A DNA stretch of 64,000 nucleotides from Candidatus Latescibacterota bacterium. Its GTDB lineage: Bacteria; Latescibacterota; UBA2968; UBA8231. Shown one piece after another: positions 1 through 10,266 of the stretch. Every line of letters begins with the position of its first letter. Positions within the stretch are counted from its first letter, which is position 1. The DNA is taken from the NCBI GenBank assembly GCA_965248265.1, contig CBDFJF010000001.1, positions 32,001 to 96,000 of the forward strand. The letters are read 5' to 3'. Under the pieces are notes generated by a model that was not told the DNA's origin, searched no databases, and worked only from the letters and a program-made list of their open reading frames with translations. The position numbers and the translations under genes were made by a program.

Positions 1-1113
1 GTCAAGAAGATCTGCACTGATGAGTGTCTTCGCCAGGTTAGACATTGCCAGCGTATTTCCAGCGTTGGCCGCCTTTTCGTAGTGCCCTATGGCGAGAGAT
101 TCCAGTCCGATCTTGTCGCAGCAGACACCCAAATTATTGATCGCCAGGTCGTAGTCGGGCCGAAAACTCAAACATTTCGTGTAGTGAAGCCGGCTGACCT
201 CCGATTGGCCCGCGCGATAATAGGCAAAGGCTGAGGCAAAGCGAATGTCTACATCGTTCGGTGTAATCTCTAGGATCTTCTCAAGAATAAGCGCCTGCGC
301 TAGATACTCATTCCTCTTGCCATGCAGATCGGCTACTCCTTTGTAGGTGTCGACCCTCGCAGCTGAATCGGTGAACGTCCCTATGGCGTTAGTCAAGTCC
401 TCTATTGCCTTTTCCTTTTGATCTATCTCCCATTTACTCTTCGCTGCGGCAACGAGAGCTTTTGCGGTTGATTTCTCAGTATCTGCATCGAGTGCAGCTT
501 GATCAAAAGCACGGACAGCAGCCTCATGATTGCCGGCTTCTCGGTAGCAGGCACCGACCAGAAATTGAGCATTGTGAGGAGGATTCTCACTGGCGGCCAG
601 CTCCATCAGCCTGTCAAGTGCTGATTTGTCGTCTGCGAAGCGGAACCGGAGGGAGAGATACAGTGCTTCATTTCGGGCTTTTTCTCCAGTATTGGCCTCG
701 GCGTCTTGTGCCTTGCGATAAGCCTCCTCCCCACTTTCTATGTTCCGCGTGTAAAAGTCCATTTGCATTTCGAGTATCCAGTGATCCGCGCTCTGTGGCC
801 CCTGGCGCTGCTCCCCTTTGTCCTCCCCCCCCTCCTCTGGATGAGGGGCTTTGGCCAACCCTTCACTTGAATCTTGTACTTCAGTTTCCAGTGCCGCCGA
901 AGTATCGACGAGATCAGCGGGTGGTGTGGTTCTCGCCTCAATTTCAGTGTCCTTGCGCTTCCACCGCAGCCGAAGATTCGGAAGAGCCTGTTTCACTTCC
1001 TCGCGAAACACGTACAATATGAGGACCACCGCAGGAATCCCGAGTAGGATGAGCAAGGCTGGCGCCGCATCCTTCAGCATTACCCCAATTGCCTCTACCA
1101 TCTCCTTATCCAT
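1..1113 (-). CDS. TPR/Sel1-like repeat protein with N-terminal membrane anchor (3' end runs off the window)
   Basis: Missing from the ORF track because it has no stop in the window. Manual translation is open from ATG 1113 to base 1: hydrophobic ALLILLGIPAVVLILYVF, then TPR-like helices (FASAFAYYRAG..., PDYDLAINNLGVCCDKIG, YEKAANAGNTLAMSNLA). Alternative starts 1101 or 1080. Confidence 0.75.
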   Translation of the reverse strand, partial: MDKEMVEAIGVMLKDAAPALLILLGIPAVVLILYVFREEVKQALPNLRLRWKRKDTEIEARTTPPADLVDTSAALETEVQDSSEGLAKAPHPEEGGEDKGEQRQGPQSADHWILEMQMDFYTRNIESGEEAYRKAQDAEANTGEKARNEALYLSLRFRFADDKSALDRLMELAASENPPHNAQFLVGACYREAGNHEAAVRAFDQAALDADTEKSTAKALVAAAKSKWEIDQKEKAIEDLTNAIGTFTDSAARVDTYKGVADLHGKRNEYLAQALILEKILEITPNDVDIRFASAFAYYRAGQSEVSRLHYTKCLSFRPDYDLAINNLGVCCDKIGLESLAIGHYEKAANAGNTLAMSNLAKTLISADLLD

Positions 1114-1441
1114 CAGTCGGTTCTCCCTGGATTTGGCCCCAAAGCATTGCCTTTCCACATCGCAGGGTCAAGCCCAGGATCTTCACGAAGGCGCTGCAAA
1201 ATCTGCACCCATCTAATCAGATCCACCCGAATAGCATTCGGCACAGCCGAATGTAAACCCCCGAAATCGGTGTTTTAGAAATCGCCGAAAACCCCATTAT
1301 CGCGATTTGCGTCTGAAATTATCGTGAGTAACAACACACGTAGGCCCTCAACGCCACATTTGTAGTTGACGAGTGGGCCTGTTTCAAGCATATTACCAAA
1401 AGTCCAAAAAACTCCAAAAAAACCAACTCTCTCAGGCTGGC

Positions 1442-2050
1442 ATGGATCCCAAACCGGTACTGACCACCGGAGACGTCGCCTCCCACTGCCACGTTTCGCA
1501 GGAGACTGTCGCGAACTGGATCAACAGTGGCCAGCTCAAGGCCTACAAGACCCCTGGGCGTCATCGACGCATCCGGCTTGGCGATTTCGAGGAGTTTCTG
1601 GTCGAACACGGCATGCCCCCCCTGGGCACGTCGCCGAACGCTCCCAACCAGCGGCGGGTCCTCGTCGTCGATGACGACCCCGCTGTGGTCAAGTTGATCG
1701 TGCGCCTTCTGGAAAGAGATGAGCGTTACCAGACGGCAACGGCGGCGGACGGCTTCGAAGCGGGGATCCAGATTGCCAGGTTCAAGCCAGACCTGGTGAT
1801 TCTCGATCTGATGATGCCGCACCTGGATGGCTTCAAGGTCTGTTCCAGTATCAGGTCGGCACCCGAAACCAGCGATCTGGCGGTACTGGTCGTTACCGGA
1901 TACGACGACGACGAAAATTTACAGCGGGCACGTGAGGCGGGTGCCGATTACTGCATGACGAAACCGCTGTCTATGGAAGCCTTATCCAAGAAAGTCGATG
2001 AACTCCTGGAGTCGCGGGTACAAACGACGGTTACATCGACACCGTCATGA
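1442..2050 (+). CDS. Response regulator with N-terminal excisionase-like (MerR/HTH_17) DNA-binding domain
   Basis: VLTTGDVASHCHVSQETVANWINSGQLKAYKTPGRHRRI followed by REC domain (VLVVDDD, ILDLMMP, KP). Start moved to ATG 1442. Confidence 0.9.
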   Translation: MDPKPVLTTGDVASHCHVSQETVANWINSGQLKAYKTPGRHRRIRLGDFEEFLVEHGMPPLGTSPNAPNQRRVLVVDDDPAVVKLIVRLLERDERYQTATAADGFEAGIQIARFKPDLVILDLMMPHLDGFKVCSSIRSAPETSDLAVLVVTGYDDDENLQRAREAGADYCMTKPLSMEALSKKVDELLESRVQTTVTSTPS

Positions 2051-2085
2051 CCGCGCACTCGAACCTGGTAGCGGATTGAGAAACC

Positions 2086-2424
2086 ATGGCCCTGGGACTG
2101 CTTTATACCTGCAAGTGCGGACGGCGATACAAGGCCTACGTACCCAAACAGAAGCTCTTCCGTGGACTCACCGGTAAGCATGTCGACTGGAATGTCGTTG
2201 ACGCCACTGACGAAGCGTGTGGCGACATCGATGAGGTGATGACGATGGCCGCAGTCACGGGTGCCGTGTTCGTCGATCTCCGCCACAACGGTGGCAAGGT
2301 GACCTGTGATGTGTGTCAATCAGAAGTGGATCTACTGGCGCACTTCACCGCCGTTCTGACACACCCTCGTGATCTAACGACCTCCTCCACCGCGGCGTTC
2401 AAAGATAGACGACTGCGCGCGTGA
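2086..2424 (+). CDS. Hypothetical zinc-ribbon-like protein
   Basis: CKCG near N-terminus and CDVC near C-terminus; stop overlaps the next start (GTGA). Confidence 0.65.
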   Translation: MALGLLYTCKCGRRYKAYVPKQKLFRGLTGKHVDWNVVDATDEACGDIDEVMTMAAVTGAVFVDLRHNGGKVTCDVCQSEVDLLAHFTAVLTHPRDLTTSSTAAFKDRRLRA

Positions 2425-2810
2425 ATCTTATGCGGGAAGCGGCGAAGAAGATTCTAGTAGTAGATGACGATGCCTATGTCCGGGCGCTGGTGATCAAGCT
2501 GCTGCAGAGGAAGGGGTTCGCGGCGCTGCCCGCGGCCGACGCATGGCAGGCTATGGATCTGCTGCAGCAACAGGATGTCGACCTGATCATTCTGGATCTG
2601 CGCATGCCGGGACCCGTCGATGGCGAGCAACTGCTGTTCGCGCTGCGAGACCAGGGCAACGACATTGCCGTCGTCGTGCTCTCTGGATGGGTGGACGATG
2701 AGATCAGCGACAACCCACCCGACTGCGTGCACGCCGTGCTCAAGAAACCGATCGACATTGATACCTTCACCAACACCGTCGAGCAGGTTCTGTCTGAAAC
2801 TAGCGTGTGA
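2421..2810 (+). CDS. Single-domain response regulator (REC)
   Basis: ILVVDDD, ILDLRMP, VVVLSG, KKP motifs. Confidence 0.9.
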   Translation: MNLMREAAKKILVVDDDAYVRALVIKLLQRKGFAALPAADAWQAMDLLQQQDVDLIILDLRMPGPVDGEQLLFALRDQGNDIAVVVLSGWVDDEISDNPPDCVHAVLKKPIDIDTFTNTVEQVLSETSV

Positions 2811-2863
2811 ACGAGATCCGCGGTTTCACCTGCATCCCTACGTCCCACGACCTGCCGATTCCC

Positions 2864-4543
2864 TCACAGCCCACGCCGGATGGTGATGAAGCGGTTGACG
2901 GTGACAGCAGTAACCGCCTGTTTCGTCCCATCCAACCACTCCACCTCAACTCTATCGACACGCTGAGCGTCGCCGAGGCCGAAATGGGCCCGCACGTCGC
3001 TGTGTGACAGGTAGCTGCCGGCTCCCTCGATGGTCCGGAACTGAGTGCGGCCACCTGCGACTACGCGCAGCCGTGTACCGAGACCCTCGGCGTTCACCTC
3101 TCCAGCGTCGCCGCCATCCAATTCCACGACGAGCCAGTTATTGCCGCCGCCCATATTGTTGCACAGCAGAGAGGGCGTGTCGTTCAAGTTAACGACGAAG
3201 ACATCGACGTCCCCGTCGTCGTCGTAATCGGCGAAGGCAGCTCCCCGACTCACCTTCTCTATGGCCATGCCCGGTCCGGCCGCCTCGGAAATGTCGATGA
3301 ACGCGGCCGAGCCATCTGTGAGGTCGTTGCGAAACAACTGATTGCGTTGGCGATAGCTGGTTCCGGTCGCAGCGTCATCGACTTGCGGAAACACATGACC
3401 GTTGGCGACGAACAGATCGAGATCGCCATCGTTGTCGAAATCGGCGAAGCGGGTTCCCCAACCCAACCGGTTCATGGTCACGGCTTCAATGCCCGCCTCA
3501 ACGGTAAAATCGGCGAAGCGTCCTCCCCCGTTGCGGTACAGCGTATTGCTCTCACGAAAGAAATTGGTGACGTAGAGATCGTCGTCGCCGTCGTTGTCAA
3601 AATCACCGAAATCGACACCCATGCCGGCTTCCTCATCGCCGTCACTGCTGTAGGCGACGCCGGAAACGAGAGCAACATCGTCGAAAGTGCTGTCGCCCTT
3701 GTTCTGAAACAACACGTTGGGGGTCTGATCGTTGGCAACGTAGAGGTCGAGGTCGCCATCACCGTCGTAGTCGGAAGGCATCACGCCAAGTCCGTAGTAG
3801 CTGTTCGCCTGTGCGACACCGGAGGTGACGGTCACGTCGGTGAATCGATTACCTCCCTCGTTGCGATACAGCACATCCGCTCCTCCCACCATGCCCAGTG
3901 GACCACAATAGGTCTTGATCCCACCCAAGTAGTCGCAGTCAGTTCGGGGATTGTCCTGTAGGTCGAAGACGACGTAGCTGGCAGAGTACAAGTCGAGGTC
4001 GCCGTCGTTGTCGTAGTCGAAGAAGGCCGCCGCGGAACTGTAGGCTTCTCCGCCCACACCTGCCGCTGCGGTGATATCGGTGAAATGGCCGTCGCCACGG
4101 TTGTGGTAGAGAACGTTGGCGCGGTAGTTGGTGACGTAGAGATCACGGAAGCCGTCATTGTCAATGTCACCTACCGCGCACGCCGCGCCCCAGCCGGCGT
4201 CGCCGACGCCGGCCTCTTCGGTGACGTCGGTAAAGGTGCTCTCACCCCGGTTGAGGTAGAGGGAATTTCCAGGACCCGAACGACTCTGATAGTGCTCGAA
4301 GTCCGAACCGTTGACGACGTACAGATCCTGATCGCCGTCGTTGTCGTAGTCGAAGAAGGCAGCACCGCTGCCGTGTGCTTCGAGGATGTACTGTTTGTCC
4401 TGTGGGGAACCGGAGATGTTAATCGTCCGGAGTCCGGCGGTGGCACTCTGTTCAGTGAAATGCGGCTGCGCCATCGAGGGAGCCAGGGCGATGACCGTCG
4501 ACAGCATCTGTCCGGCTGTGCGCAACGCGAGCGAGGATCTCAA
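2864..4543 (-). CDS. CRTAC1-like FG-GAP/VCBS repeat protein with C-terminal ASPIC/UnbV domain
   Basis: Many DYDNDGDxDLYV repeats; C-terminal GSYLSHSDVRAHFGLG; signal-like N-terminus. Confidence 0.92.
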   Translation of the reverse strand: MRSSLALRTAGQMLSTVIALAPSMAQPHFTEQSATAGLRTINISGSPQDKQYILEAHGSGAAFFDYDNDGDQDLYVVNGSDFEHYQSRSGPGNSLYLNRGESTFTDVTEEAGVGDAGWGAACAVGDIDNDGFRDLYVTNYRANVLYHNRGDGHFTDITAAAGVGGEAYSSAAAFFDYDNDGDLDLYSASYVVFDLQDNPRTDCDYLGGIKTYCGPLGMVGGADVLYRNEGGNRFTDVTVTSGVAQANSYYGLGVMPSDYDGDGDLDLYVANDQTPNVLFQNKGDSTFDDVALVSGVAYSSDGDEEAGMGVDFGDFDNDGDDDLYVTNFFRESNTLYRNGGGRFADFTVEAGIEAVTMNRLGWGTRFADFDNDGDLDLFVANGHVFPQVDDAATGTSYRQRNQLFRNDLTDGSAAFIDISEAAGPGMAIEKVSRGAAFADYDDDGDVDVFVVNLNDTPSLLCNNMGGGNNWLVVELDGGDAGEVNAEGLGTRLRVVAGGRTQFRTIEGAGSYLSHSDVRAHFGLGDAQRVDRVEVEWLDGTKQAVTAVTVNRFITIRRGL

Positions 4544-5607
4544 CGATCGAGCAGTCCTTCTATCCCCAGATGCTGGTGTTGGACGAACAAAGCCGGAACA
4601 CCGCCGGTATGCAGGAAGGCGATGTTGCCCTCAGGCGCAATCTTGCCCATGCGAACATGCTCAACCAGGGCGGCCATGGCCTTGCTGGAGTAACTCGGAT
4701 CGAGCAGGATCCCCTCTGTGCGCCCGAGCAGTTTGATCGCCTCCCGGCCGGCTTCGGAAGGCACGGAGTACCCGGGCCCCACGTACTCGGTGGTACAGTC
4801 GACATCCTCGAGGCCGACCTCGACATCGAGCCCCAGGATATCGGCACACTGGTTGGCTGTATCGCTTATCAGTTGCGGGAACGAGGACCCAGTTACGGGC
4901 TCCCCGATCGCCGACACCCCTCTCAGGCCAATCGATGAGCGCGTGAACTTCGCCCCTACCAGCAGGCCCGCGAGGGTGGTATCCGAAGAGCACACCCACA
5001 GCTCATCCAGCTTGAGATTCAGGGCTTCCGCTTGCTCCGTCAATTCGATGAATCCGTTTGCGTACCCCGTTGACCATACACCCAGCCTGGACTCATCCCC
5101 TACCCGGGCTACATAGACCCTACGACCTTCTGCTTCGAGTGCACGTGCCCTTTTGCGAATCAACTCCCCCTGCGTCGCCCAGTCATTGACGCGTACGATC
5201 TCCACCTGGGCTCCGACGATCAGATCGAGTAGAAGATTTCCCTGTATCGAATCAAAAGGATCACTCTCCAATTGTCGCAGGATCAGGTGGCACTGTAGAC
5301 CAAGCTTCGCGCACGCCGCCGCCAACTGGCGGCAGTTGTTCGATTGGATCGCCGCCCCGGCAATGACGGTGTCTGCCCCCCGTTCAATCGCTTCGCCGAG
5401 AACGAATTCGAACATACGCGTCTTGTTTCCACCTGTGGCCAGACCGGTCAAATCGTCCCGCTTGATCCAGATCTGGGGGCCACCGAGTTCGTCCGATAGA
5501 CGGCCACAACGCTCCAGTGGCGTCGGCAAATGGGCGAGCGTTACTCGCGGCCGTCGATCTATGGCTGCTTTCAGCTCCTGGATCTTCTGGGCATCGGCGT
5601 TGATCAT
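4540..5607 (-). CDS. D-cysteine desulfhydrase family PLP enzyme
   Basis: IKRDDLTGLATGGNKTR (PLP lysine), QSNNCRQLAAAC, EGILLDPSYSSKA, FLHTGG. Confidence 0.88.
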   Translation of the reverse strand: MINADAQKIQELKAAIDRRPRVTLAHLPTPLERCGRLSDELGGPQIWIKRDDLTGLATGGNKTRMFEFVLGEAIERGADTVIAGAAIQSNNCRQLAAACAKLGLQCHLILRQLESDPFDSIQGNLLLDLIVGAQVEIVRVNDWATQGELIRKRARALEAEGRRVYVARVGDESRLGVWSTGYANGFIELTEQAEALNLKLDELWVCSSDTTLAGLLVGAKFTRSSIGLRGVSAIGEPVTGSSFPQLISDTANQCADILGLDVEVGLEDVDCTTEYVGPGYSVPSEAGREAIKLLGRTEGILLDPSYSSKAMAALVEHVRMGKIAPEGNIAFLHTGGVPALFVQHQHLGIEGLLDR

Positions 5608-5857
5608 TTAGCTAATGTGGACCCTGACCCTGTGGCTGTCCACGCAGTGGCCGATTACGCCTCTCCCCGTCGACACCTCAACGATCGGCAAACCTTGCCA
5701 GCGGTGTCAGGGCGATAGCACTAAACGAAGAAAAATCAGCCACTAACAGTACCCTGGAGATATATTATGTGGGCTGTGGGGTCAGTCGTTGATCCGCCGA
5801 GACGAATTCGCTTCTCCATAGGGCCCCTTGGAAACCCTTAGTGAGGAAGTACGTGTG

Positions 5858-8185
5858 ATGAATGGACTCGGGAAACCTCTTGGGCGTGGGGCACGAGGAC
5901 TCAGAAGCCAGCGCCGATCCATTGCCGCTGTCCGCCTCATTCTGGCCTCCGTTGTCATCGCCTGCTCGGCGTCAGCCCAGGAGTTGGATGACCTCCTCGA
6001 GATCTCGCTGTCTGATCTGGTCGAAATGGATGTGTCCGTGGCGTCCGGAATACCAGAAAGCATTCTCGACGCGCCCGCGGCCATCGTCGTTATATCGGAT
6101 GAGGAAATCCAACAGCGTGGGTACACCAACCTGGCCGAGATCGTCGAGGACCTTCCCGGCTTTGACACCGTGCATGCCAACGGAATCCCCTATCTGTATG
6201 CCTATCAGCGGGGGTATCGCCAACCCTCGACGCAGCGCACCCTGCTGATGATCGATGGTCAGGTCGATAACCGCCTGTGGACCCATCAGGCAGTTTTCAC
6301 TCGACGCTTTCCCGTTTCCAGTATCAAGAGAATGGAGGTCCTCTACGGACCGGCCTCTGCCGTACACGGCGCCAACGCCTTCCTCGGTGTCATCAATATC
6401 ATCACCCATGACGGCCAGCAGGTAGAAGACGGTGAGTACGTCAGCAGCGTAAACTTCCAGACCGGAAGCTACGATTCCAAGGGCGTCGATGCTTCGGTAC
6501 GGGGCAAAATATCGGAGGTCTCCTACAGCCTGTCTGGGCGCATGTTCAAGAGCGACGAGCCCGATCTTTCCGGCAAATTCGGTTTCCTCGACCCAGGGCA
6601 ATACAGTGACCGGGCGGTGTGGGGACCGTTGCTGGACCTGCAGAACAACGGTCGCAACTTCGGCACCTACTACGATCCCACCGACGACAGCGGTGTTCTC
6701 GGCAGCCTGAGTTATCGCGGCGCCAAGGTCGGCTTCGTGCGATGGATTCGCAAGGAGGGCTACGGCGCTCAGTACACGGCCGACCACGTGCAGAACAATT
6801 CCCTGTGGAACACATCGGGAACTCTCATCTACACCGAAGCAGACCGCCGTCTCAACGACAGGGTGCGCAGCAGCTCTCTGTTGTCGTTTCGCAAGAACCG
6901 GGCCTGGGGAAGTTGGCCGGAGGCATTGCCGGACGGCCCGGCGGCGGACTCCTCCTACGTCAGCTTCACGCAGTGGAACTCGGTCAGCAACAGCTGGCTA
7001 TTCAAGCAACAACTGGAGGTGGCGGCCGATGACCTGATCCAGGGTTTCGCGGTCAACGGTGGTTTCAAGTTCGAACGCAAGGAACTCACCCAGAACTATG
7101 ACATCCCCGGATACTGGGGAGCCTTCAGCTCTACGGTGCCCGCAAACGAACCCGGTCCGTATGGTTTTGGTGTCGGCATCGGGCACAGCCGCGATGCCAC
7201 CTATACCCCGCCCCCACTCCCCAACCCTGAGATGCCGCCGATCAACCTACTGTACACCGAAGATATCGGCGGATTCGTTCAGGGCATCTGGAACCGCTCG
7301 CCCTTGCGCTTCAACGCCGGGGTCCGGTTCGACCACAATTCCGTGTACGGAAGTTCGGTGAATCCGCGCCTGTCCCTGGTCTACAAACTCTCACAACGCG
7401 GCGCCCTCAAGCTCGTTTATGGAGAAGCCTTCAAGGAGCCGGCCCCCATACAGCTGTGGGGCGGATTCAGCGGGCGCAGGGCCAACCCGGATCTCAAACC
7501 AGAGAAAGCCCGCAACACCGAACTCATCGCCATGTACCAGACCGGCCACATCTTCCACGACGCCTCCCTGTTCTACTCACATTATGAAGATGTGATCAAC
7601 CCGTCGAGCCCTCGTCGCACAGAAGCCCACAATGCCGGGACCAGGGACATCTGGGGGGTGGAATACCGCGGGCGATTCGCCGCGCCTAACCTGCTGACAT
7701 CGGGTCCCCAGATCACCGGTTTCTTCTATTACACCTTCACTGATGTGACCAGTAGTACGCGTTATAACCATGGTAACGACGAGGACGACAGCGTCATCGG
7801 TTGGGAAGACGGCGACACCGAGTTGGGCGACATCGCTCCTCACAAGATCAACACCGGCGTCAACTTGCCTCTCGACCGGCGGTGGAACTTGAACCTGCGA
7901 TCCAATTTCGTCGGCAGACGCAAGCTGTATTCTCAGAACCCGCTGCGAGCGCAGGGTGAGACCATCGATCCCTATATCGTCTTCAATGGGGTATTGAGCT
8001 ATTCGTTTCATCCGTTCCGGGTGACGGCGAAGGTGTTGAATATGCTCGACGCAGACTTTTTCCATCCCGGCGTGGAACAGGCCGACAGCGGCAATACCTT
8101 TGACGAGCGAAGCCTGGGATTTCGCAATTCCCTCATCCCGCAGCCGGGGCGGTCGTACGTTCTCGCCTTCAGTATCGACTATTGA
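5858..8185 (+). CDS. TonB-dependent receptor (YfiR-associated type)
   Basis: Signal peptide, LDDLLEISLSDLVEMDVSVAS, plug motif IKRMEVLYGPASAVHGANAFLGVINIIT, NPDLKPEKA, terminal aromatic residue (SIDY). Confidence 0.92.
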   Translation: MNGLGKPLGRGARGLRSQRRSIAAVRLILASVVIACSASAQELDDLLEISLSDLVEMDVSVASGIPESILDAPAAIVVISDEEIQQRGYTNLAEIVEDLPGFDTVHANGIPYLYAYQRGYRQPSTQRTLLMIDGQVDNRLWTHQAVFTRRFPVSSIKRMEVLYGPASAVHGANAFLGVINIITHDGQQVEDGEYVSSVNFQTGSYDSKGVDASVRGKISEVSYSLSGRMFKSDEPDLSGKFGFLDPGQYSDRAVWGPLLDLQNNGRNFGTYYDPTDDSGVLGSLSYRGAKVGFVRWIRKEGYGAQYTADHVQNNSLWNTSGTLIYTEADRRLNDRVRSSSLLSFRKNRAWGSWPEALPDGPAADSSYVSFTQWNSVSNSWLFKQQLEVAADDLIQGFAVNGGFKFERKELTQNYDIPGYWGAFSSTVPANEPGPYGFGVGIGHSRDATYTPPPLPNPEMPPINLLYTEDIGGFVQGIWNRSPLRFNAGVRFDHNSVYGSSVNPRLSLVYKLSQRGALKLVYGEAFKEPAPIQLWGGFSGRRANPDLKPEKARNTELIAMYQTGHIFHDASLFYSHYEDVINPSSPRRTEAHNAGTRDIWGVEYRGRFAAPNLLTSGPQITGFFYYTFTDVTSSTRYNHGNDEDDSVIGWEDGDTELGDIAPHKINTGVNLPLDRRWNLNLRSNFVGRRKLYSQNPLRAQGETIDPYIVFNGVLSYSFHPFRVTAKVLNMLDADFFHPGVEQADSGNTFDERSLGFRNSLIPQPGRSYVLAFSIDY

Positions 8186-10266
8186 ACGCTCACGAGACGG
8201 CCGACGCCATGAAGATTGGACCGGCACACCCCAACCATACCCTGCGGTACGCGTTGTCAGGCGCCCTCTTTGGTTGTTGTTTTCCGATCGGGGCCATGCT
8301 GTTCGATTCACTCGTCATCCGCGGCATGGAATTGAGTTGGGCCGCCGTGTTGTCCGTGCAGTCAGGGCAGCCCTTGCACTGGATAATTGATACTGCTCCA
8401 GTATTCCTGGGCCTGTTCGCCTCACTCGCGGGCCGCCGTCAGGATCGCATCACGCGGATCAATGCTGAGCTCGAGGAGCAGCGCAACCGGGCGCGACTGC
8501 TGGCAAAGTTTCCCGAAGAAAACCCCAATCCCGTGCTCCGCGTCGCGCAGGACTACCGGGTTCTGTATGCCAACCGGCCGGGTACAGACCTGGTCGAGGC
8601 GCTGCAGCCTGAGGGCGAACTGCCGGCAGAGTGGCACTCCGTGGTCACGGAGGCGCTCGCCAGCCAGCAGAACCAGGAGATCGAGTCGGGCAGCGGCGAT
8701 CGAGTCTTCTCCCTTGTGTTTGCCCCCATGCGAGAGTTGGGATACGTCAACGTCTACGGCCTCGACATCAGCGAGCGCAAACGGGCGCAGGTGGAACTCG
8801 AGCATGCCAAAGAGGCGGCGGAGAGTGCCTCGTATGCCAAGAGCCAGTTCCTCGCCCATATGAGTCACGAGTTGCGGACGCCGATGAACGCGATTCTCGG
8901 GTACACGCAGCTGCTTCAAGCCGTCTCTGACCTGGCGCCCAAGCACCTGACAACCGTGCGAACCATCGCTGATAGCGGTGAACACCTGCTCTCGCTTATC
9001 AACGAAATCCTGGACATATCCAAGATTGAGTCCGGAAGGGAGGAACTGAACGCGGCAGCCTTCCGGCTGCACGAGCTACTGCAAGTGGTCGAAGCCCTGT
9101 TCGACGTGCGTTGTCGCGAGCGCGAGATAACCTGGAAGATGAAGGCATCCGGGACGACGAAGAGCGTCTTCGGCGATGCCAAAAAACTGCGGCAAATTCT
9201 GATCAACCTGTTGGGCAATGCGGTGAAATTCACCGATCGTGGTACGGTTTCATTGACGGTGGAAGCACTCGACAACGACCGTTACCACTTCGAAATCACC
9301 GATACCGGTGTCGGGATTCCCGACGATATTCGCAGTGAAGTCTTCCAGCCGTTCCGGCAGGGCGAGGAAGGGGTCAACAAGGGAGGAAGCGGTCTCGGCC
9401 TGGCCATTGCGCGCCGGCATGTGGAAATGATGGGTGGTGATCTCGCCATGTCATCGGAACCTGGCGTTGGAACCCGTTTCTTCTTTTCTCTCCACCTGCC
9501 ACCCGGAGATCTCCAACAGCAGAATCGCCTTCCGGTGTCGTCCGCTACGCCTGACTGGAAGCGGGTGATCGGCATCCGGCAACCAGCATCGGTCCGGACT
9601 CTCGTCGTCGACGATGTGGACACCAACCGCGACGTGCTGGTACGGGTGCTGGAGAGAGTGGGCGTTACCACCGAGGCGGCTGACAGCGGCTCCCAGGCAC
9701 TCGCCATGGCGCATGCCCGTCCTCCGGACATCGTCTTCATGGATATCCGCATGCCGGAGATGGACGGTGTTGAGGCGGCCCGACGCCTCACGTCAGAGCA
9801 TGGCGAAGCGCTGAAGATCGTGGCCGTAACGGCTTCCGTACTCGAACAGGACCGCCGGAACTACCCGAGCGTCGGATTCGTCGGCTTGATCGACAAACCG
9901 CTTCGAGTTGAGCAGGTGTACCAAGTTCTGATCGAACACCTTGGAGTGCAATTCGATTTCGCCGTCGAGGATGACGGCATGCAATTGCCTGTCAGCGACT
10001 GGCGTGACATCGACCTTCCGGAAGAATTTTACGCGAAACTGCTGGTGGCGGTCGAGTCACACAGTGTTAGCGACCTGAGCCGCTTGGTCGATGAACTGGA
10101 GAACATGGGCAGCGAACCCGGTGGTGATGCCCTGGTCAGCCATCTACGAAAGTTCACCGATCGTTACGATATGGCCGGAGTGCGCGAAGCCTTGCTGGAG
10201 ATCGCGCCCGGACGCCAACTCGACCAGGATCGGACCAACCAAAGACGGGCGTCATCACAACCATGA
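8182..10266 (+). CDS. Hybrid sensor histidine kinase (2TM-PAS-HisKA-HATPase-REC)
   Basis: FPEENPNPVLR PAS-like segment, [41 protein letters not shown]. Confidence 0.93.
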   Translation: MNAHETADAMKIGPAHPNHTLRYALSGALFGCCFPIGAMLFDSLVIRGMELSWAAVLSVQSGQPLHWIIDTAPVFLGLFASLAGRRQDRITRINAELEEQRNRARLLAKFPEENPNPVLRVAQDYRVLYANRPGTDLVEALQPEGELPAEWHSVVTEALASQQNQEIESGSGDRVFSLVFAPMRELGYVNVYGLDISERKRAQVELEHAKEAAESASYAKSQFLAHMSHELRTPMNAILGYTQLLQAVSDLAPKHLTTVRTIADSGEHLLSLINEILDISKIESGREELNAAAFRLHELLQVVEALFDVRCREREITWKMKASGTTKSVFGDAKKLRQILINLLGNAVKFTDRGTVSLTVEALDNDRYHFEITDTGVGIPDDIRSEVFQPFRQGEEGVNKGGSGLGLAIARRHVEMMGGDLAMSSEPGVGTRFFFSLHLPPGDLQQQNRLPVSSATPDWKRVIGIRQPASVRTLVVDDVDTNRDVLVRVLERVGVTTEAADSGSQALAMAHARPPDIVFMDIRMPEMDGVEAARRLTSEHGEALKIVAVTASVLEQDRRNYPSVGFVGLIDKPLRVEQVYQVLIEHLGVQFDFAVEDDGMQLPVSDWRDIDLPEEFYAKLLVAVESHSVSDLSRLVDELENMGSEPGGDALVSHLRKFTDRYDMAGVREALLEIAPGRQLDQDRTNQRRASSQP

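Noticed and set aside
825-832. C8 homopolymer as a phase-variation tract
   Set aside because: Short, and the minus-strand TPR frame reads through it intact.
1442-1620. Excisionase suggesting a prophage or integrative element
   Set aside because: The domain is fused to REC, a common regulator architecture; no integrase or phage genes nearby.
4540-5607. ACC deaminase
   Set aside because: Has DPSYS and HTGG rather than the Glu/Leu residues (DPVYE, HLGG) diagnostic of ACC deaminase.
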